From: a virus
Lineage: Duplodnaviria; Caudoviricetes
Length of the DNA stretch: 64,000 nt
Reading direction: 5' to 3' (one strand)
Virus record (IMG/VR): IMGVR_UViG_3300008259_002957
Made by a program: the position numbers and the translations under genes. Positions within the stretch are counted from its first letter, which is position 1. Every line of letters begins with the position of its first letter. Below, piece by piece: positions 28,680 through 39,236 of the stretch. The notes beneath the pieces are model-generated. The model worked only from the letters and a program-made list of their open reading frames with translations, was not told where the DNA came from and made no database searches.

Positions 28680-29804
28680 ATGAACACATATTGTAATTTA
28701 GTAAACACTGGGCTTTATGTTTCTACAAGAGGAGAAGTAGGGCACTGTTGTATACAAAAAAACAGGCACGATTTAAAATGGAACAACGATAGCGACGTAA
28801 ATAAATTTTACAAAGAAGATCCGCGTTTATCAGAAATAAGACAAGATTTAAATCATCAAAATATAAGAAATTTAGCATGTCAACAATGCTGGAATGCTGA
28901 GAATTCTGGTATTATAAGCAAAAGGCAACGAATAAACAACGGCGAGATAATAAAAGAGCCCGAGTTACAGCACTTGGATTTAAGACTTAGTAACAAATGT
29001 AATTTACAATGTCGAATGTGTTCTGCGTCTGAAAGTAGTCAAATTGAAAAACTGGCATACGAATTAAAGGATCCTATATTGCTAAATTTTTCAAAAACTC
29101 GTTTACAAGACCATCATAACTTATCGAGTTTTTTAAATAGCTTTTTAAATGTTAAAACACTTAAAACAATCCGTTTTGCAGGCGGCGAACCTTTTATAAT
29201 GGAAGAAGTTGACGAATTTTTGTCAAGATTAATTGAAAATGATATGACACATCTTGAAATTGAATTTATAACTAATTGTACAAGTGCAAGAACAAAAGTA
29301 ATCAACAAGTTAGAAAAATTTAAAAGAGTGGTGTTGGGTTGCAGTATAGATGGAATAGCCGATGAATTTGAGTATCAACGATATCCTGCAAAGTGGTCAT
29401 CAGTTGAAAAAAACTTTATAAAATTTTATAATAGTAATCTTCATGTGAACATAACCCCGTGTGTTAGTTTTCTTACATATTTAACTTTAGATAAATTTTT
29501 TAATTGGGCTAATCAATTTCCTAAATCAAAGGTTTTTTATAACGAAGTTGACAAACCGTTTATGGATTTTAGATTAATTCCGATTGAGCATAGACAAGAC
29601 TTTATAAGTAGATTTAAAAATATAAAATTTAAAAATGCACAAAGCAATTGGCTACAGTTTCAAGAAACTTTGATGTACGAAGAAAAAACTTTGTCTAAAG
29701 AAGATAAACAACTTTTAAAACATTATATTGGTATTTGGGATTATCGAACAAACAAACAATTTCTAGAATCATATACATGGGCAGAAAACTTAATAAATGA
29801 GTAA
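28680..29804 (+). CDS. Radical SAM enzyme, subfamily A
   Basis: YCNLV...GHCC...CQQC; LSNKCNLQCRMC; FAGGEPF. Confidence 0.92.
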   Translation: MNTYCNLVNTGLYVSTRGEVGHCCIQKNRHDLKWNNDSDVNKFYKEDPRLSEIRQDLNHQNIRNLACQQCWNAENSGIISKRQRINNGEIIKEPELQHLDLRLSNKCNLQCRMCSASESSQIEKLAYELKDPILLNFSKTRLQDHHNLSSFLNSFLNVKTLKTIRFAGGEPFIMEEVDEFLSRLIENDMTHLEIEFITNCTSARTKVINKLEKFKRVVLGCSIDGIADEFEYQRYPAKWSSVEKNFIKFYNSNLHVNITPCVSFLTYLTLDKFFNWANQFPKSKVFYNEVDKPFMDFRLIPIEHRQDFISRFKNIKFKNAQSNWLQFQETLMYEEKTLSKEDKQLLKHYIGIWDYRTNKQFLESYTWAENLINE

Positions 29805-30744
29805 ACTTTATAAGATAGAAACAGTAAACAATATTTTAGTAGTAGACTGGATATTGTCTAATGTATGTAATTACAAGTGCAGTTATTGCGGCCCCGACAG
29901 CAACGGCGGCGATCAATATTGGCCAGATATAGAAAATTGCGAAATAGCAATAAAAAAAATAACAGAACAGAGTAAGCACGATCATAGAATTTATACTATA
30001 TTAGGAGGAGAGCCTACGGTTTGGAAAAATTTTACTAAATTAGCACAACTAATAAAAGAAAATGATCCAAATAGCATGGTAAACATTTTAACAAATGGAT
30101 CAAGGACTATGAATTGGTGGAATAAAACAAAACCTTTTCTAGATAAAGTATCGATAAGTTTTCATCATGAAAATGCAAATGTTGATCATATTATTGACGT
30201 AGTTAATAATATAAAAACTGATTGCCAAACAAATATTCAAATATTAATGGATATAAATTATTTTGATAAATGTGTTAAAATTTTTGAAACATTTAGAGAT
30301 AACACAGACGTTCCGATTCAAATAAAAAAATTACAAATCGAGTTTGGAAAACATCAGTGGATGCTGTATACAGAAGATCAAAAAAAACTAATGATGGAAT
30401 TGCACTTACAAACCTCCGGAAGACCAGCATCAAAAAGAAACAAAACCAGCCTAGGAATTAATTGTTTCTATGACGATGGTACTGTGATAAGACAGGGTAA
30501 TCACGAATTAATACAAAAAGGCTTAAATAATTTTTATAATTGGAAATGTAACATTGGTCAGGATTTGCTTGTTATAAAGCCTAACGGAAACATAATACCG
30601 GCAAATGCTTGCAATAATAATATAATACTAGGAAATATAAAAAATGATCCGGAAAGTATTAAATTACTTACAGAAAGTGTTATTTGCAAATACAAAGAAT
30701 GCACTTGTGGTAGTGACATTGAGATTACTAAAATAGCACACTGA
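29797..30744 (+). CDS. Radical SAM enzyme, subfamily B
   Basis: WILSNVCNYKCSYC, LGGEPT, LTNGS, WKCNIG, CKYKECTCGSD. Confidence 0.92.
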   Translation: MSKLYKIETVNNILVVDWILSNVCNYKCSYCGPDSNGGDQYWPDIENCEIAIKKITEQSKHDHRIYTILGGEPTVWKNFTKLAQLIKENDPNSMVNILTNGSRTMNWWNKTKPFLDKVSISFHHENANVDHIIDVVNNIKTDCQTNIQILMDINYFDKCVKIFETFRDNTDVPIQIKKLQIEFGKHQWMLYTEDQKKLMMELHLQTSGRPASKRNKTSLGINCFYDDGTVIRQGNHELIQKGLNNFYNWKCNIGQDLLVIKPNGNIIPANACNNNIILGNIKNDPESIKLLTESVICKYKECTCGSDIEITKIAH

Positions 30745-30775
30745 TTCAATAATAAAAAACAAAAATAACCGAGTA

Positions 30776-30782
30776 ATAAATA
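30776..30782 (+). promoter_or_regulatory. Late-type promoter box
   Basis: ATAAATA 4 nt before SD-less ATG 30787. Confidence 0.55.
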
Positions 30783-30786
30783 TTGC

Positions 30787-32202
30787 ATGACTGATAAATT
30801 ACCATCTGAAACATTCTGTATATTGCCGTGGGTTCACCTAAGCACTAGACCTGACGGATCTATGAGAGTGTGCTGTACAGCAAATGCAAGCAGTGTAGGT
30901 GCAACAAATGATAAAGAATACGGCGGCCAGGTTGGAATTTTACGAACTGAAGATGGAAAGCCTAGTAATTTAAATGTAAGTGATTTTTTATCTAGTTGGA
31001 ACAGTACTTACATGAAAAATGTTCGTAAGCAAATGTTAAATGGTGAAAAACCTCCTAGTTGTCTTAAATGCTATAAAGAAGAGGCAGCAGGTCATTGTAG
31101 TAAACGTCAATGGGAAACATCTTATTGGAAACAACGTGTTGATTTAGATAAAATTTTATCTGAAACTGCGGACGACGGAAGTGTTCCGCCACAGTTGGCA
31201 TACATCGATCTTAGATTTGGTACCAAATGCCAACTTGCTTGTGTAATGTGCAGTCCACACGATAGCAGTGGTTGGATTAAAGACTACAAAGCAATATTTC
31301 CTGCGGTAGAAAATGCTAGTCTTAAAGAAATTATGCAATGGGATAATAAAGGTAGCACCAACGGAAGTAGTTATAATTGGCATAAGCAAAATCCTAAATT
31401 TTGGAAACAATTTTATGAACAAATTCCAAATATGCAACAAATTTATTTTGCAGGCGGTGAAAGTCTTATTATCGAAGAACATTACGAAATTCTTGAAGAA
31501 TGTATCAAACAGGGTTATGCAAAAAATCTAGAACTACGATATAATTCAAATGGAGTTGAATGGAGAGAAGATCTATTTGATTTATGGAAAGAATTTAAAC
31601 TTGTACGTTTTCACTATAGCATAGACAGCATAGAACAAATGAACGATTATATTCGTTATCCTAGTAAGTGGAATAGACAAGAAGAAGTATTTCACATTTT
31701 AGACAATGAAACTAGTGATAATGTAGAAATTACTATTGCTTGTGCAGTGCAAGCACTAAATGTTTATTACTTGCCTGATTTTATACAATGGAAATTAGAA
31801 AAAGGTTTTAAAAAAATCAATATGTGGCCCTTTGGAGCAGGCGGCATAAGTCAACACTTTGTATATTGGCCTGCTCATCTAAATGTAAAAGTTTTGCCCA
31901 AATGGTTCAAAGAAGAATGCAGACGCAAATACGAGTCATGGTATCCGTGGTGGGAAGCAAATTGGGAAAAAGGAATTCCTAGTTGGCATAACGGTAATGT
32001 AAACTTTGAGCAATGGCGCAATGCCGAATATGGTATTAAAAGACTAAATGGAATACTTAGCTTCATGGAAAGTGAAGACTGGAGTCAACGACTTCCTGAA
32101 ATGAAAGAATTTTTAAATCTTTGTGACAAACAAAGAAATATTAATTTTTCAAATGTATTTCCTGAAATGAAGGGCATCTTTGACAATGAACAAACGTCTT
32201 GA
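30787..32202 (+). CDS. Radical SAM enzyme, subfamily A
   Basis: FCILPW...RVCC...CLKC; FGTKCQLACVMC; FAGGESL; NSNG. Confidence 0.93.
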   Translation: MTDKLPSETFCILPWVHLSTRPDGSMRVCCTANASSVGATNDKEYGGQVGILRTEDGKPSNLNVSDFLSSWNSTYMKNVRKQMLNGEKPPSCLKCYKEEAAGHCSKRQWETSYWKQRVDLDKILSETADDGSVPPQLAYIDLRFGTKCQLACVMCSPHDSSGWIKDYKAIFPAVENASLKEIMQWDNKGSTNGSSYNWHKQNPKFWKQFYEQIPNMQQIYFAGGESLIIEEHYEILEECIKQGYAKNLELRYNSNGVEWREDLFDLWKEFKLVRFHYSIDSIEQMNDYIRYPSKWNRQEEVFHILDNETSDNVEITIACAVQALNVYYLPDFIQWKLEKGFKKINMWPFGAGGISQHFVYWPAHLNVKVLPKWFKEECRRKYESWYPWWEANWEKGIPSWHNGNVNFEQWRNAEYGIKRLNGILSFMESEDWSQRLPEMKEFLNLCDKQRNINFSNVFPEMKGIFDNEQTS

Positions 32203-33649
32203 TATATTAATATGCATTGTACCTAAAATTTTTCCAGATGCTCCAACAGTTGGTCCAGCAGTATTAAAGTCTCATATAGAATCTGCCGGATTTTCTTGCG
32301 AAGTTATAGATTTAAATATTAAATTATATAACGAATTTAAACAACACGGAGATGAAGATCAGTTTTTTGATAAAGATAGTGCATTTAGATGTCGAGATAT
32401 TGAAAAAGTCGACGAAGTGTTTGGTGAAAATTATAAAAAATACAAATATGTTTTTGACGAATGGATCAACCTTTTCAAAGAAAAAAATCCTAAGTGGATA
32501 GGGTTAAGTTTATTAACAGTAATGAGTAGTGCAGTTGCAATAAAACTTAGTCAACTTATTAGAGAAAACTTACCAGAAACAAAGATAATATGGGGCGGCG
32601 CCGAAGTTACAAGAGGACGTACTAAAAAATACTTTGAACACGGACTAATTGATCATTGGATCAGCGGTGACGGCGAAGTTCCGATCATTAATTTGTTAAA
32701 GGGAGAAATAGATAACGATGGCATTGATGATAGACCTCCTTATCAATTAATCGATATAAACAGTGTACTAGTTCCAAACTATAATGACATTACTTGGAAC
32801 GAATATCCATTTATTAATCAACCCGAACCAGTATATATTACCGGAAGCAGAGGGTGTGTTAAACGTTGTGATTTTTGCAATGTTTATGAAATATGGCCAA
32901 AATATGTTTTTAGAAGTGGCGAAAGTATTGCTAACGAAATTATTCAAGTTAAACAAAAGTATAACAGAACTACTTTTAAATTTACAGATAGTCTTATAAA
33001 TGGTAGTATGAAAGCGTTTAGAGAAATGCTTCATATTTTAGCAGATTTTAACAATACAAGAAATACCGAAGATGAAAAAATTAGATGGCATAGTCAATGG
33101 ATAGTAAGAAACTTTAGACAAAGTCCAGAAGAAGACTACTGTCTTATGAAAGAAAGTGGCTGCTATGCACTCGACGTTGGTGTTGAAAGTTTTAGTCAAG
33201 CAGTCAGGTTTGAACTAGGAAAAAAGTTTACAGATGAAGATATGTGGTGGTGCTTTGAAATGTTGCAAAAATACGAAATACACCACACACTGTTAATGTT
33301 TGTTGGTCATCCTTTTGAAACCGACATAGACCATCAAATAACTTTAGATACTATTAAAAAATTATATGAAAAAGGCTATTCCACAAAAAGAGTTAATGAA
33401 AAAAAACTTATGTATGTTAGTATGGCAAATACTATGATGTTATCTGATGATACTCCAGTATGGAATAAAGTAAAAGATGAACTTGAATATTGGTACAACG
33501 ACTGGAATTGGAAATTTAGAGATAATACACTTGAAGTAAGACTCAAACGTCTTGAAGAAGCAAACGACTTTTTATCTAAATTTGCAGAGCAAGAAAAATC
33601 GTGGATGGTGCGTAAAAAAATTGAAATGATAAAGAAAAGTTTTGGATAA
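32180..33649 (+). CDS. Cobalamin-binding radical SAM enzyme
   Basis: PTVGPAVLKS, IGLSLL, IIWGGAEV, GDGE; GSRGCVKRCDFC; FTDSLING; GVES. Confidence 0.88.
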   Translation: MTMNKRLDILICIVPKIFPDAPTVGPAVLKSHIESAGFSCEVIDLNIKLYNEFKQHGDEDQFFDKDSAFRCRDIEKVDEVFGENYKKYKYVFDEWINLFKEKNPKWIGLSLLTVMSSAVAIKLSQLIRENLPETKIIWGGAEVTRGRTKKYFEHGLIDHWISGDGEVPIINLLKGEIDNDGIDDRPPYQLIDINSVLVPNYNDITWNEYPFINQPEPVYITGSRGCVKRCDFCNVYEIWPKYVFRSGESIANEIIQVKQKYNRTTFKFTDSLINGSMKAFREMLHILADFNNTRNTEDEKIRWHSQWIVRNFRQSPEEDYCLMKESGCYALDVGVESFSQAVRFELGKKFTDEDMWWCFEMLQKYEIHHTLLMFVGHPFETDIDHQITLDTIKKLYEKGYSTKRVNEKKLMYVSMANTMMLSDDTPVWNKVKDELEYWYNDWNWKFRDNTLEVRLKRLEEANDFLSKFAEQEKSWMVRKKIEMIKKSFG

Positions 33650-34713
33650 TGCCATTTTGTAATGCGTTGACAAATCATATGTGTATTACAGTAGCAGCAA
33701 GTTGGCGGCCCTGTTGTCGGTTTAATAATTTTCCTTTGGTGGATATAAACCAAGTCGATTTTAAATCATATCAAGACAGTGATTTTTATAAATCTATTAA
33801 ATCAGATATGTTTTCCGGATGGTCGTCTGGTTGTAAAAAATGCAAAGAAGAAGAAGAGCGAGGACAAACAAGTTTACGAGAAGTGTTAAATAAAACTTTA
33901 TCAGGTAGTTCGGATATTGAATATGTTGAGATTAGTTTAAGTAATAACTGCAATCTTGCTTGTAAGATGTGTTCTCCTACTTACAGTACTTTTTGGAATA
34001 AATTAGTAACTGACAACCAAGTATTAAATGATTATTATACTACAACTATTCAACCAACTATTAGTGTAGAAAAAATATTTTCAACGATTGATTTGTCTAA
34101 GTTAAAAAAAATTAAATACCTAGGAGGAGAACCATTTATAACTCCAGAAATAAAAGAACTGTTTGAATTTTTAGAAATAAAAGGAATAATACAAAACATT
34201 GAATTTGAATGTAATACCAACTGTACACTTTTTCCTACAAAATGGTTACATTACTTAGATAAATTTAAAAAAGTAACAATAGAACTTAGCATCGACGGTG
34301 TTGGATTAGTTAACGATTATATTAGATACGGAAAGATGTGGAATACTATTGAAAAAAATATTATAAAGTGGTCTAAAACAGATTACGATGTAAATGTTTA
34401 TAGTACTGTACAAGCATATAACTTACATGACATGAAAAATGTTAAAGAACTCGCAAATAGTCTATCTTTAAAACATTACAGTAGTTTGCTAGTAGTTCCT
34501 GAATTTTTAAGTGTACACACGTTACCGTTGGACTATTTAGAAATTATCAAAGATAATTACAATCAAAAATATTTTAAAAGTATTAAAAACAATAATAAAT
34601 TTGCAGAATTGACTAAATTTACAAAGACGATAGATAACATTACTGGATTGCATTTAAAAAACGTAGTGCCATTATTGTATAATTTTATGGAGAATAACAA
34701 TGAGTCGAATTGA
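33649..34713 (+). CDS. Radical SAM enzyme, subfamily A
   Basis: FCNAL...RPCC...CKKC; LSNNCNLACKMC; YLGGEPF. Confidence 0.92.
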   Translation: MPFCNALTNHMCITVAASWRPCCRFNNFPLVDINQVDFKSYQDSDFYKSIKSDMFSGWSSGCKKCKEEEERGQTSLREVLNKTLSGSSDIEYVEISLSNNCNLACKMCSPTYSTFWNKLVTDNQVLNDYYTTTIQPTISVEKIFSTIDLSKLKKIKYLGGEPFITPEIKELFEFLEIKGIIQNIEFECNTNCTLFPTKWLHYLDKFKKVTIELSIDGVGLVNDYIRYGKMWNTIEKNIIKWSKTDYDVNVYSTVQAYNLHDMKNVKELANSLSLKHYSSLLVVPEFLSVHTLPLDYLEIIKDNYNQKYFKSIKNNNKFAELTKFTKTIDNITGLHLKNVVPLLYNFMENNNESN

Positions 34714-35593
34714 CGAACCGGGATATTATCAACTACCGATGGACCATCCTATTGCTATAGAAAATGTTCGTAGACATTCGAGCAAAGCCGCATGTATTGA
34801 AAATATGTGGGATGAAAAAGAACTTGATTGGCTTTGGAAAAATGCTTTTACAGCAGACTACAATGTTCCTAGATTAAACAAAAATGGGACAGTAATCATT
34901 GATGTTGATATGAGCAAAATATATCAGCGTTATAAAGAAAAGTTTGATGCAGCATTAGGCACAACTGCTGAAAAAACTCCAGTAATTGGCGGCAACTATT
35001 TTATTACTCCCCAGCAGTATGGGTTGCACCAAGATGCAATGCGTGAAAAAGGTTATAAAAACATGCTAGAGCATGTGCCTTTAAACCATCCTCAAAGAAA
35101 ATATACCACGTGGAAAAATATTATTACACCATTATGGATAGGAACACATCTTGATACAATAGACGGCGGACAGATAGTCTTCTTCGAAGAACGTGATATA
35201 GGATGGGCTAAAGTTTACAACGGCGGTGCCGAAACTAAAAATATTGCCAGTATTTACGAAATTGTAACCGACTATAAACACCTTCAATTTTATGACAGAG
35301 ATGGCAACCCTATACCGCAGTCCGACGAGCCGTTTGACAAAGATTTTTATAACAAGTATATGAATACTCCTTATCGTAGATTACAAGGTTTAAACCCTGA
35401 ATCAGTATTTGATTGGACCCCGGGATCTCCGTGTATATTTGATGCTGTGCAATTACACGCAACAAACGAAGGCACCAAAGGCGGCGAACATAAAAAGACA
35501 TGGAACAGTAAAATGGGTCTACTTATGATGTTTATGATCGAATTGGATGAGGATCTATTAATAGAATGGCGCAAAGAACAAGAGAAGATGTAA
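34700..35593 (+). CDS. Fe(II)/2OG oxygenase-like
   Basis: YGLHQDA (HxD) ... FDAVQLHAT. Confidence 0.65.
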   Translation: MSRIDEPGYYQLPMDHPIAIENVRRHSSKAACIENMWDEKELDWLWKNAFTADYNVPRLNKNGTVIIDVDMSKIYQRYKEKFDAALGTTAEKTPVIGGNYFITPQQYGLHQDAMREKGYKNMLEHVPLNHPQRKYTTWKNIITPLWIGTHLDTIDGGQIVFFEERDIGWAKVYNGGAETKNIASIYEIVTDYKHLQFYDRDGNPIPQSDEPFDKDFYNKYMNTPYRRLQGLNPESVFDWTPGSPCIFDAVQLHATNEGTKGGEHKKTWNSKMGLLMMFMIELDEDLLIEWRKEQEKM

Positions 35594-35595
35594 AC

Positions 35596-36195
35596 ATGAT
35601 AATAACAAAAGCAATGGATATACCCGGAGAAACAACCGAACTTCAACATGAGTGGTATCAAAAAATTGTTAATTGGTTTTATTATAAACCTAAAATTTTA
35701 GAAATTGGATGTGCGTGGGGTAGAGGATCGTGGGCATGGTTAGATTGTATAACTGATACCAACGACGGCTCTTTAGAAATTTTAGATAATTGGGCGTACT
35801 CAAGGAGATATAGCAAAATTAAAATTTATGATGAAAATTATTATAATCACATAGGACAGATTTTTCCCGATTATAATCAAAAAGAAATATTGTTGTATAA
35901 TTTAAAACAAAACAAAAATTTTAAAAAATTAAAACACATTTATACAGGCAAGTATTTAGCCGCACCAAAATCTTATGATATTGTTTATTTAGATGATGAT
36001 CATAGTCAAGAAAACGTATTAAACGAATTAAATTATTTTAATGGAATTCCTGTAATATGTGGAGATGACTTTGCCCAAAGTCAACCCGGAGTTCTAAAAG
36101 CAATATGTAAATTTTATTCTAAAAATTTTAATAATTATAAATTATATACAGATCCTGATGCTAGATTTTGGGTAATGAAACGAATAGACATATGA
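35596..36195 (+). CDS. Class I methyltransferase (Methyltransf_24-like)
   Basis: ILEIGCAWGRGS, YDIVYLDDDHS, ICGDDF. Start ATG 35596 preferred to track 35566. Confidence 0.75.
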   Translation: MIITKAMDIPGETTELQHEWYQKIVNWFYYKPKILEIGCAWGRGSWAWLDCITDTNDGSLEILDNWAYSRRYSKIKIYDENYYNHIGQIFPDYNQKEILLYNLKQNKNFKKLKHIYTGKYLAAPKSYDIVYLDDDHSQENVLNELNYFNGIPVICGDDFAQSQPGVLKAICKFYSKNFNNYKLYTDPDARFWVMKRIDI

Positions 36196-36286
36196 CGATA
36201 TCTATAAACAACAAGTTAAGTATGTAATTGTTTTATAGATATTGCTTAATTTTCTTAGACAATAACAAAAACGACAGGATTATATT

Positions 36287-36991
36287 ATGCTAGATCTTTC
36301 TAAAAATAAAATAAGTTACACTATAAACAAGTATAAAATTATGACAGGTAATTGTGATTTTAAAACACATCTTCTATTATTGAATTATCTAAATCCTATG
36401 TCTGTTTGGGAATTAGGAGCCGGCCGAGGGTCGTGGTGCCTTGGATTACATGAATTTTCTAATAATAACACACGTTATAATTTAGTTGAAGATTTTTCTT
36501 GGTGCAAACACGGTTACGATAAATTATTTGTTGATTATTATTGGCCAAAAAATATTAAGGATTTAGAAAGTTTTATAAAAAGTACAAACAGTAATATAAA
36601 TTACAAAATATTTGATGGTGACATTTCAAATTTTAAAGAAAGTCTTAAAAATGTAGAAGTAATTAGAATTGATTGTGATTTATTAAACACACAAGACACT
36701 ATAGACACAATATTAACTAATAGTTTTGATAATTTAGTTATTTTAATAGATGACATTAGACCCAATGGTGCCTTTAATAGACTGTTTGATGTACTAAGTT
36801 TTATAGAAAAAAATAAATTAAAAATAATTTTAACAGCAGACGAGACAGTAGTATTAGCTAAACCACAATTTGATGTTGACAATTTATATCAACACTGTCT
36901 TACATATAAAGAAAAATTTAAAAAGATTTCTTTTAGAAATGATTACAACATATATAATAAACAAGCAGAATATTTACAATTTAAAGATTAA
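36287..36991 (+). CDS. Class I methyltransferase-like (TylF/Methyltransf_24-like)
   Basis: VWELGAGRGS, IRIDCD, ILIDD; AGGA SD. Confidence 0.55.
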   Translation: MLDLSKNKISYTINKYKIMTGNCDFKTHLLLLNYLNPMSVWELGAGRGSWCLGLHEFSNNNTRYNLVEDFSWCKHGYDKLFVDYYWPKNIKDLESFIKSTNSNINYKIFDGDISNFKESLKNVEVIRIDCDLLNTQDTIDTILTNSFDNLVILIDDIRPNGAFNRLFDVLSFIEKNKLKIILTADETVVLAKPQFDVDNLYQHCLTYKEKFKKISFRNDYNIYNKQAEYLQFKD

Positions 36992-36993
36992 TC

Positions 36994-38145
36994 ATGTCAC
37001 ACACATTTTGTAGCGAACCTTATAAACAAATACATTTCGATAGTAGAGGAAACTTGGGACCGTGTTGTCAATATGTAGGTATTAGACCAGAAATGACAAG
37101 TTTTAATGAATACTTAAATAGTGATTGGTTAAAAAATTTAAAAAACCAGTTAAACAACAATCATAAAACAAGTGGATGCAATTTTTGTTGGAAACAAGAA
37201 AACAATGGATCTAAAAGTATGCGTGAAAAAAGAAATGCATACTATGAAAATAAACCCAACAACGGAATAGAACATATTATGATTACTTACGGCAATCAAT
37301 GCAATACTGCATGTCGTATATGCAACTCGAGTAGAAGTAGTTTAATTGAAAAACAGTATAGAGAAATGAAAGATAACGTTACTGATCAAGAACTTTTGAA
37401 TTTAATAAGTAAAAAACATGTATGGAATAAAACAAAGACTTGGTATCGTAATATAAACAATGATATAATTTCAATCGCAGACACTATTCGAAAAATTGAA
37501 ATCAGTGGTGGCGAACCTTTTATAAATGTTCATTTTGATAAACTTATAGATGGTTTAATTGAGTCTGGTAAAAAATTGCCAGGACTTAATATAACAACTA
37601 ACGGAAGTTTTACAGAGGAACAAATTGTTAAGCTAAAAGAATTCGAGCATGTACATATAAACTTTAGTATCGACGGAGTAGGAAAAGATTTTTACGAATA
37701 TTTAAGATGGCCCTTAAAATGGAATGACGTCTTATCAAAAATTGATATTCTTAAAAAGTATCCGTGGATAACTTGCGAATTTGTTATAGTTCCTCATAAC
37801 TTAAACGTTTTAAATTTAAGTGAAAGTATCATTTGGTTTAAAGAATATACAAATTACGATACTAGATTTAAGATAGGATTTAGTTGGCTTAACGGAGCAC
37901 CTTGGTATAGTATTGATAATACTCCGAAACGGGCAAGAGATAAGGCTATAGCAGATATAGAAAGTACTATATTTGTAGATTACACTGACGTAGAGATAGA
38001 ACAGATTAACGAATTAATTTTTATTTTAAAGAACGCAAACAACCCTAAAGAATTAAATTTATTAAAATCTCATGTTGCAATGACTGATTCTTATAGAAAT
38101 TGTAACACATGGGATGTTGTTGGATGGAAATTAGAAGAGATATGA
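36994..38145 (+). CDS. Radical SAM enzyme, subfamily A
   Basis: FCSEPY...GPCC...CNFC; YGNQCNTACRIC; ISGGEPF. Confidence 0.92.
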   Translation: MSHTFCSEPYKQIHFDSRGNLGPCCQYVGIRPEMTSFNEYLNSDWLKNLKNQLNNNHKTSGCNFCWKQENNGSKSMREKRNAYYENKPNNGIEHIMITYGNQCNTACRICNSSRSSLIEKQYREMKDNVTDQELLNLISKKHVWNKTKTWYRNINNDIISIADTIRKIEISGGEPFINVHFDKLIDGLIESGKKLPGLNITTNGSFTEEQIVKLKEFEHVHINFSIDGVGKDFYEYLRWPLKWNDVLSKIDILKKYPWITCEFVIVPHNLNVLNLSESIIWFKEYTNYDTRFKIGFSWLNGAPWYSIDNTPKRARDKAIADIESTIFVDYTDVEIEQINELIFILKNANNPKELNLLKSHVAMTDSYRNCNTWDVVGWKLEEI

Positions 38146-39236
38146 ATAAACCTTTTTGCTATGCACCTTGGACAACAATCCAATACAGTGGAGTATATAG
38201 TGGCGGCGGAACGTCTCCGTGTTGTGAATGGAGGGGAGAAAAATATAAAGGAAAAGTTAAAGATTACCAAGATAGTGAATATTTGGATAAAATAAAACTT
38301 GCAATGGAAACACACGATACAAGTTTTATTGCTTTTAGTTGTCAAGAATGTATTAATACTGAGTCACATGGCATCTTGTCGGCTAGAAATTTTATTGATA
38401 AAAACGTAAAAAATAATAAGTATGAAATAGGAAAAATAAACAAATTAGATTATAGGCCGGATAATTTGTGTAATTTAAAATGTAGAATGTGTAGCCCGAG
38501 TAGTAGCAGCCTCATCGAAGAAGAACGAGTTTTACATAATTTGATAAAGCCTATTGAAAAAAGAGATACCAATGACGTGTTAGACTTTGATTTATCTAGT
38601 TTAAGACATCTTGCTATATTAGGTGGCGAACCAACAGTTAACAAAAATCTCTTTCCTATTTTAGATTATTTTATAGAGACCGGTATGACAGAAACTGTTC
38701 GCTTGCAGTATACAACTAATTGTACAAGTGTTAATAACCCGTGGATGAGTCGAGTGAAACAATTTAAAGAGGTCAACATAAATTTAAGTTTAGACGGCGC
38801 TGGAAAATCTTATGAGTATATAAGAACAGGTGCAAAATGGTATAATGTTGAAAAAAACATTCATAAAATAATAAAATCTGCAAATAATTACAGTATTAAC
38901 ATGTGTATTCAAATGGTAAATTTTGTGCTAGTTGAAGACTGGATAGAATACTTTTTTCAGTTTGATTCTGATAAAGTACACATGAATCCTATGTTTGGAG
39001 CAGTTCCAGGAAAGGTTGACTGCATACCTGACGATATTAGAGAACAAAAAATAGAATATTTGCAATCTTTAAAACATCCTATATCGGATAAATTAGTTGA
39101 TAGATTTAAAAATTACAAATTTAATATAAATGAACTTATACGATACAAAGAATTCAACAGTTGGCATGACAACATAAGAAATACAAATTTATTAGACCTT
39201 GATCCTATTTTTTCAAAAATCTTAACAATGGTCTAA
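38142..39236 (+). CDS. Radical SAM enzyme, subfamily A
   Basis: FCYAPW...SPCC...CQEC; DNLCNLKCRMC; LGGEPT. ATGA-coupled start 38142 (track 38109). Confidence 0.92.
   Translation: MNKPFCYAPWTTIQYSGVYSGGGTSPCCEWRGEKYKGKVKDYQDSEYLDKIKLAMETHDTSFIAFSCQECINTESHGILSARNFIDKNVKNNKYEIGKINKLDYRPDNLCNLKCRMCSPSSSSLIEEERVLHNLIKPIEKRDTNDVLDFDLSSLRHLAILGGEPTVNKNLFPILDYFIETGMTETVRLQYTTNCTSVNNPWMSRVKQFKEVNINLSLDGAGKSYEYIRTGAKWYNVEKNIHKIIKSANNYSINMCIQMVNFVLVEDWIEYFFQFDSDKVHMNPMFGAVPGKVDCIPDDIREQKIEYLQSLKHPISDKLVDRFKNYKFNINELIRYKEFNSWHDNIRNTNLLDLDPIFSKILTMV

Noticed and set aside
36196-36286. Largest intergenic gap in the island (possible ncRNA or promoter)
   Set aside because: No hairpin or TAAATA box; TAGACA...TATATT spacing is 19 nt; only an 11-codon ORF.
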